A stretch of DNA of 64,000 nucleotides, from positions 186,001 through 250,000 of the forward strand of contig NIVC01001547.1 of NCBI GenBank assembly GCA_002269645.1, given 5' to 3'. The position numbers were made by a program, and so were the translations under genes. A model generated the notes under the pieces. That model did no database searches, was not told the DNA's origin, and saw only the letters and a list, made by a program, of their open reading frames with translations. Positions 36,751 to 49,786 of this stretch are shown here, piece after piece; within the stretch, counting starts at the first letter, position 1; each line of letters begins with the position of its first letter. Source of the DNA: Macrostomum lignano. Taxonomy: Eukaryota.

Positions 36751-37034
36751 ACAGTGAGTGACACAGTCGTGCACGCTGTGTACACTTAGCTTGACGTTCA
36801 ATTACCTAAGCTAGCTACCGCCCCTGATTCTGCCTTTTGACCACTGGACAAGAATTGTGTACATTTGGTTTAACTTTCATTCTCAATCTATAATTCTCTC
36901 TCCTACCTACTATACCTATGTATGTTGTTAAAGCCAAGTTGTAATCAATTGTTTTCAATCTTACCCTCCTTACCTGTGTACGTTGCAAAAACCAATATTT
37001 AATCAATCGCTTTCAATCGCAATTTCTCAAATCG

Positions 37035-37092
37035 TTCTAATAAAATCCTGACGATGCACCATGGCGTGCGAAACGCGTTGAAGTTGTTAGAA
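37035..37092 (+). ncRNA. Minimal hammerhead ribozyme (Penelope-type)
   Basis: Core CTGACGA (37048-37054), stem II gcac/gtgc, GAAA, palindromic CGCG stem III, and flanks ttctaataaaatc / gaagttgttagaa able to form an imperfect stem I. Confidence 0.7.
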
Positions 37093-39264
37093 ATTGTAAT
37101 CATATTCAAATGTTGATATTAAGCTTTCTATTTATTCTTCTCGCCAAGCGAGCGACTCTACCAGCACCAATGTTTGGGATTTTCCAATGTTTGGGTTCCA
37201 CCAATGTTGGAGATTAACCAATGTTTAGGATTAACCAATGTTTTTGATAACCTAATTTTGTGGAAACCAATGTTTATGATCGACCAATAATTAGGATCAA
37301 CCAGTGTTTGGCATTCACCAATGTTTTGGTTTCACTAATGTTTTGGTTTCACCAATGTTTGGGTTCCACCAATGTTTGGGATCCACCAATGTTTAGGATC
37401 CACCAATGTTTAGGATGCCCCTATGTTTGGGATCCACCAATGTTTGGGTTCCACCAATGTTTAGGATCCACCAATGTTTGGGATTCACCAATGTTTGCGA
37501 TCCAGCAATGTTTGGGTTCCACCAATGTTTGGGATTACCCAATGTTTGGGATTCACCATTTTTTTGGATTCACCAATGTTTGGGATCCAGTAATGTTTGG
37601 GTTGCACCAATGTTTAGGATTAACCAATGTTTGGGATCCACGGATGTTTGGGTTCCACCAATGTTTAGGATCCACCAATGTTTGGGATTCACCTATGTTT
37701 GGGTTCCAGCAATGTTTGGGATTCACCAATGTTTTGGTTTCACTAATTTTTTGGTTTCACCAATGTTTGGGTTCCACCAATGTTTGGGATTCACCAATGT
37801 TTTGGTTTCACTAATTTTTTGGTTTCACCAATGTTTGGGTTCCACCTATGTTTGGGATTCACCAATGTTTGGGATCCACCAATTTTTAGGATTCACCAAT
37901 GTTTGGGATCCACCAATGTTTGGGATCCACCAATGTTTGTTATTCACCAATGTTCGGGATCTACCAATGTTTTGGAAATACCGATGTTGGGGACTTTCCT
38001 ACGTTTAGGATCTAATAATGTTTGGGTTGCACCAATGTTTGGGATTCACCAATGTTTGGGATTCACCAATGTTTGGGAATCACCAATGTTTGGGATTCAC
38101 CAATGTTTGGGATTTACCAATCTTTGGGTTCAACCAATGTTTAATATTCAGCAATGTTTGGGTTCCACCAATGTTTAGGATCCACCAATGTTTTGGTTCA
38201 ATCAACGTTTAAGATCAACCAATTTTTTGGATCCACCAATGTTTGGGATTCAACAATGTTGGGGATCAACCAATGTTTGGGATTTACCAATGTTTGGGAT
38301 ACACCAATGTTGGGGATCAACCAATATTTTGGATATACCGATGTTTTGGACTTTCCTACGTTTAGGATCCAGTAATGTTTGGGTTGCACCAACGTTTGGG
38401 ATTCACCAATGTTTGGGATTCACCAATGTTTGGGATTCACCAATGTTTGGGATTCAACAATGTTAGGGATCAATCAATGTTTTGGATATACCGATGTTTG
38501 GGATTTTCCAATGTTTGGGGTCAACCAATGTTTAGGATCCACCAATGTTTGGGATTCACCAATTATGGGATCCACCAATGTTTTGGATAACCTAATGTTG
38601 GGAAAACCAATGTTTTATGATCCACAAGTATAATGGATCAACCAGTGTTTAGCATCCAATAATGTTTTGGTTTCACCAATGTTTAGGTTCCACCAATGTT
38701 TGAGATTTACCAATGTTTGGTTTACCAATAATTAAAATCCACCAATGTTTAGGATTCACCAATGTTTGGAATTCACCAATGTTTGGGTTCCAACAATGTT
38801 TGGGATTCACCAATGTTTGGGTTCCAACAATGTTTGGGATTCACCAATGTTTGGGTTCCAACAATGTTTGGGATTCACCAATGTTTGGGTTCCAACAATG
38901 TTTGGGATTCACCAATGTTTGGGTTCCAACAATGTTTGGGATTCACCAATGTTTGGGTTCCAACAATGTTTGGGATTCACCAATGTTTGGGTTCCAACAA
39001 TGTTTGGGATTCACCAATATTTAGGAGCAACCACTGTTTCGGTTTTTACAATGTTACGGATTTACCAATGTTTAGAATCCACCAACGTCTTTGATCAACC
39101 AATTTTTGGGTTCTAGGATATTTTCGATTCAAGAATTCTCGGGATCCACCAATGTTTGGGATTCAACAATGTTGGGGATCAACCAATGTTTGGGAGCAAC
39201 CAATGTTTGGGATTTACCAATATTTAGGAGCAACCAATGTTTGGAATTTACCAATGTTTAGAAG

Positions 39265-40526
39265 TGAGGAGCTGATTCGGGAGGTGATCAGTCACCCGAA
39301 AACTCCCACTTCCAGACACTTAAGCCTGGGAACAAAATCAAGTGATCACTTACTGTGGCGGGCTCCTCTTCTTTGTCGGGCAGGTTCTCCGATCTTGTTC
39401 CTTGTATCTTCTTTGTTGTGCACGTTTGTTGATTCGCTTCTTCAAATCTTCTTCTTCTCCGGAGGAATCTTCTTGAAGTCTAGAATCGGCCGAATGAGAG
39501 CGTGACAATCAGATCAGGCGACGTCGCAGTATTTCTCGAATGCAAAATCAATTTAGGCCTTAAGCTCAGTAATCAATATCAACGATGCGCCCTTATAACA
39601 AATCAACTTTCTGTAATAATCACGAGGTCCTCCAAGAAGGGCGTCTTCTTCTAGCAATAACGGAATCGGATTCGTGTGCTCCTATCGGTTAATCTAGGAT
39701 AACCAAAATTAATCAACTCGATAATCCTCTAAGGGTATCGGAATCGGTCCGCAGATCCTATCCAATCCCTTAGGAAAATGGGAGGCCTCAAATTCAATGA
39801 ACTCAGTTAAATCAACTGATACATGTAAATAACGGCCGGCAGTAAAATCGCTCTCAAATCAATTCAATAACAAAGGCTCGAACAAGAGCTCACCAATTGG
39901 TTTACTTCTTACTCAGAGATGTAGCCTCGAGTAGCTTCTGCAGTAAGCCCAAGATGTTTTGAGGCTGCTCCGAGTCTGAGATTTTTAGCTCGGATTTTGG
40001 CTTGAATTTATAGGGAAACTTGTTACCCTTGCCACTGTGTTGGTGGTAAGGGCGTTTAAACTGCGGGGGGAGGGGCTCGCTTGGCTGGGGCGGGTGCGTG
40101 CGGGGTGGCGTGTGCTGCGGGGGGCGGGGGGTCGCGGGTTGCTAGCTTGATTTCATATTTCGTCCGGTCCTCCGCTTGTTCGCCGTGCGTTCGTGTTTGC
40201 TCAGAACAGCGGAGGTTCCGTTTCGCGCCATCCCTTGTCTTGCCTCGAACGTTCCTTTCCCCGCGGTTTAATCTTGAAAACAGATTATTTTTGGTAGGTG
40301 ACAGTTTAGCGTTTTGGAAATTTGACCCCTATAGAATACATTAGGTTTGAACCTCATTACCATATTCAGTGTTCTAAATTTAAATGTTGCAAAAGATGGT
40401 CAGTTGTTGCTTTCGTGGTCTTAAAAATCAAGTGTGACAATTTGCAGTTTTTAGCTTTTGAGTTTTCACGTTTTTACGTTACTACTTATAGTAGTTTACT
40501 TTGGACCGTATTTGGAGATCTCTACA
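39265..40526 (-). mobile_element. Probable solo LTR (1262 bp)
   Basis: TG...CA ends, GAAG duplicated on both sides (39261-39264, 40527-40530), interrupts one satellite unit; on the minus strand a GC-rich tract is followed by TATAAA near 40010. Confidence 0.6.
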
Positions 40527-41457
40527 GAAGCAACTAATGTTTGGAATTTATCAATGTTTCGGATTCACCAAAGTAAAGGATCCACCGATGTTGGGAATCC
40601 AGCGATGTTGAAATTCCTACAATTTTGAGGATCTAACAAGGTTTGAGATCCTACGATGTTTGGAATCCACCAATGTTTCGGATCCACCAATGTTTAGGAT
40701 CCACCAATGTTGGGGATTAACCAATGTTTGGGATCAACCAATGTTTGGGATTTACCAATGTTTTCGGTCAACCAGTGTTTAGAATCATCCAATGTTTGGG
40801 ATCCATCAATTTTTGGGATCCACCGATGTTTGGGTTCCACTTCCACCAATGTTACGGATCAACCAATGTTTGAGATCTAGGATATTTTCAATCCAAGAAT
40901 TCTCGGGATTCACCAATGTTTGGGATCCACCAAAGTCTTTGATCAACCAATGTTTGAGATCTAGGATATTTTCAATCCAAGAATTCTCGGGATCAACCAA
41001 TGTTTGGGATTCAACAATGTTTAGGATCCACCAATGTTGGGGATTTACCAATGTTTGGGATCAACCAATGTTTGCGATTTACCAATGTTTTCGGTCAACC
41101 AGTGTTTACAATCCACCAATGTTTGGGATCCACCAATTTTTGGGATCCACCATATTTTTTAATTACCTAATTTTGGGGAAACCAATGTTTATGATCCACG
41201 AATATTTAGGATCCACCAGTGTTTGGGATCCACCAATGTTTTGGTTCAACCAATGTTTGGGTTCAACCAATGTTTGGGTTCAACCAATGTTTGGGTTCCA
41301 CCAATGTTTGGGTTCCACCAATGTTTGGGATTCACTAATGTTTAGGAGCAACCAATGTTTGGGATTTACTAATGATTGGAAGCAACTAATGTTTGGGATT
41401 TACCAATGTTTGGGATCCACTGATGTTGGGGATCCAGCGATGTTAAAATTCCTAAGT

Positions 41458-42090
41458 AGAATGCATGAGGGGGCTTTTGGGACAAATTTTTTAACGTCCT
41501 GCATAATCATATTAAATCTATTCATATTATCCCCGACAGAATCAGAGCATAACAGGTGTCCTACTTGCTCCGAAAACTTCGAACATAATCCTATTAAATC
41601 CATCTATATTATCCCTGAATCAGAAAAAATGGGTCACACTTGCTCCGAAAACTTCGAACATAATCCTCCTAAATCCATCCATATTATCCCAGAATCAGAG
41701 CATAACAGCAGTTGTCCTAAATAATCCACTGACATCCACCCATGGCATCTTCGAAACAATCAGAAAATAATTTGCGAAACCAGATCCCTAAGACTTTAAA
41801 TTATCAGCGCAGGGTCCTTACCCTTTGAAAAAAATTAAATTTTCTCTAAAAATGTTTCCAGTTGTCTCTCCAGGTTCTTATAAATTGAGCCTAATTATAA
41901 GAGCAAGTACCAGTGCAAGAAGGAATGCAGCGAGTACATGAGAAAATATTGGCCCAGCGTTGATATCAATGTCCCTAAAGTTAATCTAGCTCTCCAAAGA
42001 CACTGGTTTCATAAGTATGGAGTAACCTTCGTAAAAGACTACGACAGCTACTACAGCTTCGCAGAAATCATGAAGCATTTGTAGAATTTC
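41458..42090 (+). repeat. Left arm of diverged inverted repeat containing an exon-like segment
   Basis: Similar to the reverse complement of 46320-46948. Confidence 0.8.
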
Positions 42091-42479
42091 GTTACAATAC
42101 GCATTAAAACTTTTAGACTGCAATAAAATCGATATTTTTACGCATGGTATTTTGCTGTGTGGCGGGTGGGTGTTGAGCGGAATGGGAGCTGTTTCTTGTC
42201 ATAGCGCGAGCGGCGTTGGTAGCCACTCCCAGTTGGCTCTACCCCCCCCCCCCCCCAAAACGCTATTAAAACGAACGTGTTGAATAGCTGCATGAGAACT
42301 CCACCATAAGTCAAACCGGAACTTTCTTCAATGAACGGAATACGGTTTATCATGGCCTTGTCAAAGGAGACAAGAATTGCAACGATTGCCGAACTGGCGC
42401 TCTCGCTGTCATCTTAAATTTCTCGCTGTGTTTTATTAAAACACCTTGAAAACACAAAACTGCTAAACGTAAAAGTAGC

Positions 42480-45300
42480 GCAATGTCAAACATAGAAGAG
42501 CCACCATGTCAAACATATACGTGACTTCATCTCAAACATTAAATAGCCACTATGTCAAACATAAAAGAGCCACCATTTCGAACATTAAAGAGCTACCATG
42601 TCAAACATAAAGGAGCCACCATGTCAAATATAAGAGAGCCACCATGTCAAACATAAAAGAGCCACCATTTCGAACATTAAAGAGCCACCATATCAAACAT
42701 CTACGTGACTCCATGTCGAACATTAAAGAGTCACCATGTCAAACATAAAAGAGCCACCATGTCAAACATATACGTGACTCCATGTCAAATATTAAAGAGG
42801 CACCATGTCAAACATTAAAGAGACACCATGTCAAACATTAAAGAGCCACCATGTTGAACATTTAAGAATCACAATGTCAAACATTAAAGAGCCACCATGT
42901 CAAACATAAGAGAGCCACCATGTCAAACATTAAAGAGTCACAATGTCAAACATTAAAGAGCCACCATGTTGAACATTAGAGAACCACAATGTCAAACATA
43001 AGAGAGCCACCATGTCGAACATTAAAGAGTCACCATGTACAACATAAAAGAGCCACCATGTCAAACATAAAAGAGCCACCATGTCAAACATAAGAGAGCC
43101 ACCATGTCAAACATAAGAGAGCCACCATGTCAAACATAGAAGAGCCACCATTTCGAACATTAAAGTGTCACCCTGTCAAACATCGACGTGACTCCATGTC
43201 AAACATTAAAGAGCCTTCATGTCAAACATAAAAGAGCCACCATGTCAAACATAAAAAAGCCACCATTTCGAACATTAAAGAGCCACCATGTCAAACATCT
43301 ACGTGACTCCATGTCAAACATAAGACAGCCACCGTGTCAAACATTAAAGATCCACCATGTCAATATAAAAGAGCCATCAGGTCAAACATATACGTGTCTC
43401 CATGACAAACATTAAAGAGTCATTATGTCAAGCATTAAAGGGCTACCATGTCAAACATTAAAGAGCCTTCATGTCAAACATAAAAGAGCCACCATGTCAA
43501 ACATAAGAGAGCCACCATGTCGAACATTAAAGAGTCACCATGTCAAACATAAAAGAGCCACCATGTCAAACATAAGAGAGCCACCATGTCAAACATAAAA
43601 GAGCCACCATGTCAAACATAAAAGAGCCACAATGTCAAACGTAAAAGAACCACCATGTCGAACATTAAGGATCTACCATGTCAAACATTTAAGAGCTACC
43701 ATGTCAAACATAAAAAAGCCGACATGTAGAACATAAAAAGCCACCACGTCAAACATGAACGAAACACCATGTCAAACATCAAAGAGCCACCATGTCAAAC
43801 ATATACGTGACTTCATGTCAAACATTAAAGAGCCACCATGTCAAACATTAAAGAGCCACCATGTTGAACATTAGAGAACCACAATGTCAAACACAAGAGA
43901 GCCACCATGTCTAACATTAAAGAGTCACCATGTAAAACATAAAAGAGCCACCATGTCAAACATAAAAGAGCCACCATGTCAAACATAAGAGAGCCACCAT
44001 GTCAAACATAAAAGAGCCACCATGTCAAACATAAGAGAGCCACCATGTCAAACATAAAAGAGCCACCATGTCAAACATAAGAGAGCCACCATGTCAAACA
44101 TAGAAGAGCCACCATTTCGAACATTAAAGTGTCACCCTGTCAAACAGCGACGTGACTCCATGTCGAACATTAAAGAGTCACCATGTCAAACATAAAACAG
44201 CCACCATGTCAAACATAAAAGAGCCACCATTTCGAACATTAAAGAGCCACCATGTCAAACATCTACGTGACTCCATGTCAAACATAAGACAGCCACCGTG
44301 TCAAACATTAAAGATCCACCATGTCAATATTAAAGAGCCATCAGGTCAAACATATACGTGTCTCCATGACAAACATTAAAAAGTCATTATGTCAAGCATT
44401 AAAGGGCTACCATGTCAAACATTAAAGAGCCTTCATGTCAAACATAAAAGAGCCACCATGTCAAACATAAGAGAGCCACCATGTCAAACATTAGAGAGCC
44501 ACCATGTCAAACATTAAAGAGTCAACATGTCAAACATAAAAGAGCCACCATGTCAAACATAAAAGAGCCACCATGTCGAACTTTAAAGAGCCACCATGTC
44601 AAACGTAAAAGAACCACCATGTCGAACATAAAAGAGCCGACATGTAGAACATAAAAAAGCCACCACGTCAAACATGAACGAAACACCATGTCAAACATCA
44701 AAGAGCCACCATGTCAAACATTAAAGAGCCACCATGTCAAACATAAAAGAGCAACCATTTCGAACATTAAAGAGCCACCATGTCAAACATTGAAGAGCCA
44801 CCATGTCAAACATTAAAGAGCCACTTTGTCGAGCTTTAAAGAGCTACCATGTCAAACATAAAGGAGCCGACATGTAGAACATTAAAAAGCCAACACGTCA
44901 AACATTAACGAGCCACCATGTCAAACATAAAAGAGCCACCATGTCGAACATTAAAGAGCCAAAAGTGTAAAATATAAAGGAGCCACCATGTCGAACACTA
45001 AAGAGCCACCACGTCGAACATCAAAGAGCCACCATGTCGAATATTAAAGAGCCACCATGTCAAACAATAAAGAGCCATCATGAAGAACATTATAGAGTCA
45101 GTATGTCGAACATTAAGGAGCCACCATGTGGAACATTAAAGAGCTACCATGTCAAACATTAAAGAGCCAGCATGCCAAACATTAAAGAACCACTTTGTCG
45201 AACATTAAAGAGCCACCATGTGGAACATTAAAGAGCTACTATGTCAAACATTAAAGAGCCACCATGTCGAAACATTATTGAGCCACCATGCCAAACATAA
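42480..45300 (+). repeat. ~22-bp minisatellite
   Basis: Unit gccaccatgtcaaacattaaaga and variants; a larger block is duplicated (43130-43500 versus 44095-44470). Confidence 0.95.
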
Positions 45301-46319
45301 AAAGAAGTGTCATACCAAACAAAATGGAACCACTATAAAGCTAAGGAAATTGTTGCACTAGCTACTTGTTCTCTGGTGGATGCTTGCTATTTAAGGATGG
45401 ATACTTGCTATTGGGGGGATGCTTGCTACCGGGTTAACTTGCTATTGGGAGATGCTTGCTCTTGGGGGTGGAGGGAACTTGCTATCTGAGAGGGGGTTGC
45501 TAGATATCTATAAGGTCTCTTTGTATCCAAGGTTATGCTTGCTATCTGGGGTTGCATGTGGTCTGGGGGATGCTTGCTATCTGGGGGATGCTTGCAGTCT
45601 GGGGGATGCTTGCTATTTGGGGATCGATGCTTGAGTGACGTCTTGGAATGTTTTTAGAGGGAATGTCTGTTGTTTTTTATGAAGGCTTTATTTCCCTGTC
45701 CATTTGTTATTCGTAAAATGCTTAGGAGACTAGACAATATGGGGACTTCAAGGGGGTGGAAGGAATCGATCGCTCGAAAGCTACTTAAAGCTGTTATTTT
45801 TGGTAAGGCAAAGTTGGGGTTGGGGATTGACGGTGAGGGTGGGTGTTGGGAAGAGAGGGCTGGTGGATGAGGAGAGAGGGTGGAGGCTCAGGAGCAGGGT
45901 TTATTTTGTGCGCTCCTAAAAAGGAATTGGGAAGACTTTTGAATGCTATGGGGGTAGAGAGAGCGCGCGTGGGGGAAAGAGATTTTCACTTTAACTGAGC
46001 CCAGGCGAGGAAGAATTCAGTGTTGAGCGAAGGCCAGAATGCAAACGATTTCGGCCTCGCGTAAGGCCAGAATGCCAAAATGAAAAGGAATACAGTCAAA
46101 TACAAATACATGAAAGCGATTTTGGCCTTTCAGTTTTTTTGGCTGCATACTATTAATTATAAGTCCTGTAACTCAAGTGAGAATACCGCTACTTTTCACC
46201 CTTAGATTATGTTGATTTTTTTGCTGTCCAAGGGAGGGGGGTGGTAGACTGATGCTATCCCCCTTAGATGAGTGGTTGTAAGGATTGCCACTACTGACAA
46301 CTACTGAGTTTCGGTTTGA

Positions 46320-46948
46320 GATTTTTAACGCAATTGTCTAATGATTTCTGCAAAGTTATAGTAGCTGTCGTAATCTTTTACATAGGTTACTCCATACTTA
46401 TGAAACCAGTGTCTTTGGAGAGCTAGATTAATATTAGGGACATTGATATCAACGCCGGGCCAATATTTTCTCATGTATTCGCTGCATTCAAGTTTGCATT
46501 GGTACTTGGATTTGTACAATGGATGAGGCTGAGTATAATAGGAACCTGGAGAGACAACTGGAAACATTTTTATTAAGAATTTAATTTTTTCAAAGGGTAA
46601 GGACCCTGCGCTGATAATTTAAAGTCTTAGGGATTTGGTTTCGCGTTGCAAATTGAATGTGTGGAGAAGAATGCAGATTCTTTTCTGATTGTTTCGAATA
46701 TGCTATGGGTGGATGTCAGTGGATTATAATGGGATTATGTTCGCAGTTTTCGGAACAAGTAGGACACCTGTTATGCTCTGATTCTGTCGGGGATAATACG
46801 GATGGATTGAATGGGATTATGGAGGACGTTTTGTGAGCGAGTGCGACTTCCTCTTTTTTTCTGATTCTGTCAGGGATAATATGGATGGATTTAATGGGAT
46901 TATGGAGGAGGTGAAAAATTTTGTCCTAAAAGTCCCCTCATGCATTCT
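46320..46948 (-). repeat. Right arm of diverged inverted repeat containing an exon-like segment
   Basis: Encodes GSYYTQPHPLYKSKYQCKLECSEYMRKYWP...FAEIIRQLR* after a ctctccag| acceptor-like site. Confidence 0.8.
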
Positions 46949-46949
46949 A

Positions 46950-47340
46950 TATAATATCTATAACAGCAAACTCGTGAAAAACGTTCACAATAAGTGCCAT
47001 ACTCTACTTACACCAGTAGTGGCGTTGTAATATTATTCCAGACATGCATGTAGTCAGTAGCAAGCTAGATTACTCATCACACAGTGTCTTTTTTCACACA
47101 GGATGAGGTTTTTTAGTAATTTAATTAGTGGCAAGGAGTTCATGTGCACTTTAAGGCACACACTCACACAGGAGGGTACAGCGGCCTTAACTTTATTTAT
47201 CGTTAGGCATGTACACTTCACTGTGCCTTGGGGTTGGCCGATCAATTTCGTTAATTGAACGAACAGAGCCAAGCCGAAATTTTAATTTAGCCCCCAAATT
47301 ATTTAATGTGACTGCACTTGGAATCGAGCCTGGGCCGCCG
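46950..47340 (-). mobile_element. SINE-like family copy
   Basis: Matches 2795-3165 and the partial tRNA-like head gtgactgcacttggaatcgagcctggg. Confidence 0.55.
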
Positions 47341-48288
47341 GCTCATTTGTACGGTTGCAGTTAAGGAATTCTGGTCAGCAATTTTTGAGTGAACTTGGCG
47401 CCAAACATTATAACGAAACTTGCACCATTCGATCAGAAATTGACGGTAGTAACATATACAAAGTTTTTCAAAAAACAAATGCTCTCTTGCAAGGGTCAAG
47501 CAAATTTTTCGACTGTAAAACGAATTTGTAATTATTGTGTAGAGCCAAAACGGACTGACCGAATTCTGATTCTGATAAGGATTGTATCACAACCGTGACT
47601 CCGACTTGAATTGCGTCACAGTGTGGAAAACAGTGCAGAATAGCAGCATAGCATAGTGCACGACTGATTTAGATTGCTTAACCATATTGTTAACTTTAAT
47701 AGACTGCTACTGACTGACTGAGAGGTTGATTATGTCAAAACTGCTTCCTGTGACTTTTGCTTTAGCCGACTTAGTATGAATGTAGATTTATTACGTGCTA
47801 CAATTCATGTCTTAAAATGCAGCAACGTGGTTTCAAATTTTGAAAATTTTGAAAATGCTGAGATGCTGAGATAAGCAAAGCTCATGGATGGTGGGAGAGT
47901 TGTTGAGATGTCAATTGCTCTAGGAAATCGTTGAGATTCTGAGGTAAGAAGGATGGAGTGACGCAAAGGGGCGGTTGCAATAGGGTGATCATGGGTATAG
48001 TACAGGCTGCATGCAACCAATATCCACGAAAAACTCTTTACCTTAAAAAAATCACCGGGCACTTGCTTTCCTTACGTCACTTTAGCGTAAGAGCAGGTAG
48101 GGCTGAGGGCAGCCAGCAAGGCAGGATTTGGTGAGCTCAAATCTATAAATAGCCCTCTGCCGAAGATTGAAAACCACGCTCGTACAAGACATGAGTAAAA
48201 ATTATTTGTTTGTATTTCGGTCATATAGAATTTACTCAGCCGCTTTGAAACGCAACACAGCGGGCTTGTTGCAATTTCACGCAATCTA

Positions 48289-49786
48289 CAGGTGGTCCAG
48301 GAAGGTCTCCCAGATTACAAACAGAGTTTTCTCTGCACTGGATTGATGAATTGGGCTGAAACTTGACCTGCTTAAACTTTATTCTGAATATGATTTTTTG
48401 TCTAAAAATCTTAGCAATTGCTAAAAAAATCACGAAGTTACAGCAGTTTTTCTAAAAAAACACCGTTTTCACTTACTGATGAGCACATTTCATTCCAGAC
48501 TTACACGACTTACACGCCAGTTGAAAGATTTAAAATGGCATCCTGGCTGGATGAATTGAAGAGTCCGCTGTTGGTCCAGCGGCGATGGCGTCGTGAGTTC
48601 AATTTGGCTGCCAACCAACGCCCTCCAGATGCTAAGACCATCAAAGATGCACTTAAGGTGGCCTGTGAGTTTGGTTTGGCTCGACGACCAATTTCTGGGC
48701 GTCCACGGACTGCTCGTTCTGCTGAGAATGTGGAACAAGTTGTTCAACACTTCAAGGAGCGACCACAACAGTCAGTACGTCGTGCGAGTCGGGAGCTGAA
48801 TGTTAGCCATCAGTCCATCCTTCGTGTGCTGGATAAGAGTGGCTTTCACCCCTATCGCATGCGCCGTCAACAGGCAATGAATGAGGCCGGCAATGAGGCG
48901 CGAGTGCTATTCGCAACTGATCTGCTGGAGATGTTTGACAGTGATCCTGAAATGTTAACCAACATCATTTTCTCTGATGAGGCTCATTTCTCCCTGCATG
49001 GCCGCAATAACACCTGGAACTCGCGGTATTGGGCCATTGAAAACCCAGATTTCTCTATCCAGATGCCCCTTCACAGACCACGCGTCTCATGCTGGGCTGG
49101 AATTTGGTCCCGCGGCATTGTTGGACCTTTCTTCTGTGAGGATGCGCAGGGTGCAACTGTTACGTTGGATTCTGAGCGGTACGTGGAAATGCTGGATACA
49201 AATTTTCTGCCTGTGGTTCAGAATTACGAGGCATTTGTTGCTGGTGACTTGTGGCTGATGCAGGATGGTGCTCCAGCCCACATCGGGCTTAATGTGCGTG
49301 AATGGATTCAGCACAACTTTGAGGAGCGCGAAATCGGACGCTATGAGACAATTCATTGGCTTGTACCTAGTCCTGATCTCAACCCTAAGGACTTCATTGT
49401 CTGGGGATGGGTGAAAGACGTCTACCGACAGCCAGTGGACAGCCTGGATGAGCTAAGGCACGGATAACGCAGCTAATGCAGGATATTCCAGTGGACTTTG
49501 GTGTCAACAGCCTAAATAGCTTTAAGAAGCGCCTGCAGACTTGTATCGACAACAAAGGTCATCATGTGGAGCATTGACTAACAGTTGCATAGCAGATTGT
49601 GCTAAAACCCTACTGATTTAACAAAAAACTGCTGTAACTTCATGATTTTTTAAGCAATTGCTAAGATTTTTAGACAAAAAATATATTTAGAATAAAGTTG
49701 AAGCAGGTCAAATTTCAGCCCAATCCATCAATCCAGTGCAGAGAAAACTCTGCTTCTAGTCCGGGAGACCTTTCTGGACCTCCCTG
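48289..49786 (+). mobile_element. Tc1/mariner DNA transposon, DD41D group, long imperfect TIRs
   Basis: TA on both sides (48287-88, 49787-88); TIRs about 48289-48451 and 49625-49786. Confidence 0.9.
48535..49577 (+). pseudogene. DD41D transposase with a 1-bp frameshift near 49457
   Basis: HTH region, IIFSDEAHF, MQDGAPAH, SPDLNPKDF with 41 residues between the second and third Asp; C-terminus RLQTCIDNKGHHVEH* continues in another frame. Confidence 0.85.

Larger units (their letters stand above)
34592..37127. mobile_element. Penelope-like retroelement, 5'-truncated, with inverted partial copy
   Basis: RT plus GIY-YIG ORF on minus strand; 36250-37127 is the reverse complement of 34592-35470. 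Confidence 0.9.
25581..41457 (+). repeat. 17-bp satellite (consensus about CCAATGTTTGGGATTCA), interrupted by three insertions, degenerating rightwards
   Basis: Hundreds of units in 25581-28168, 32824-34591, 37165-39264 and 40527-41457. Confidence 0.95.

Noticed and set aside
25382-41724. Dozens of long ORFs such as MFGIHQCLGSTNVWD...
   Set aside because: They are translations of a 17-bp satellite whose consensus lacks stops; they are open in several frames and on both strands.
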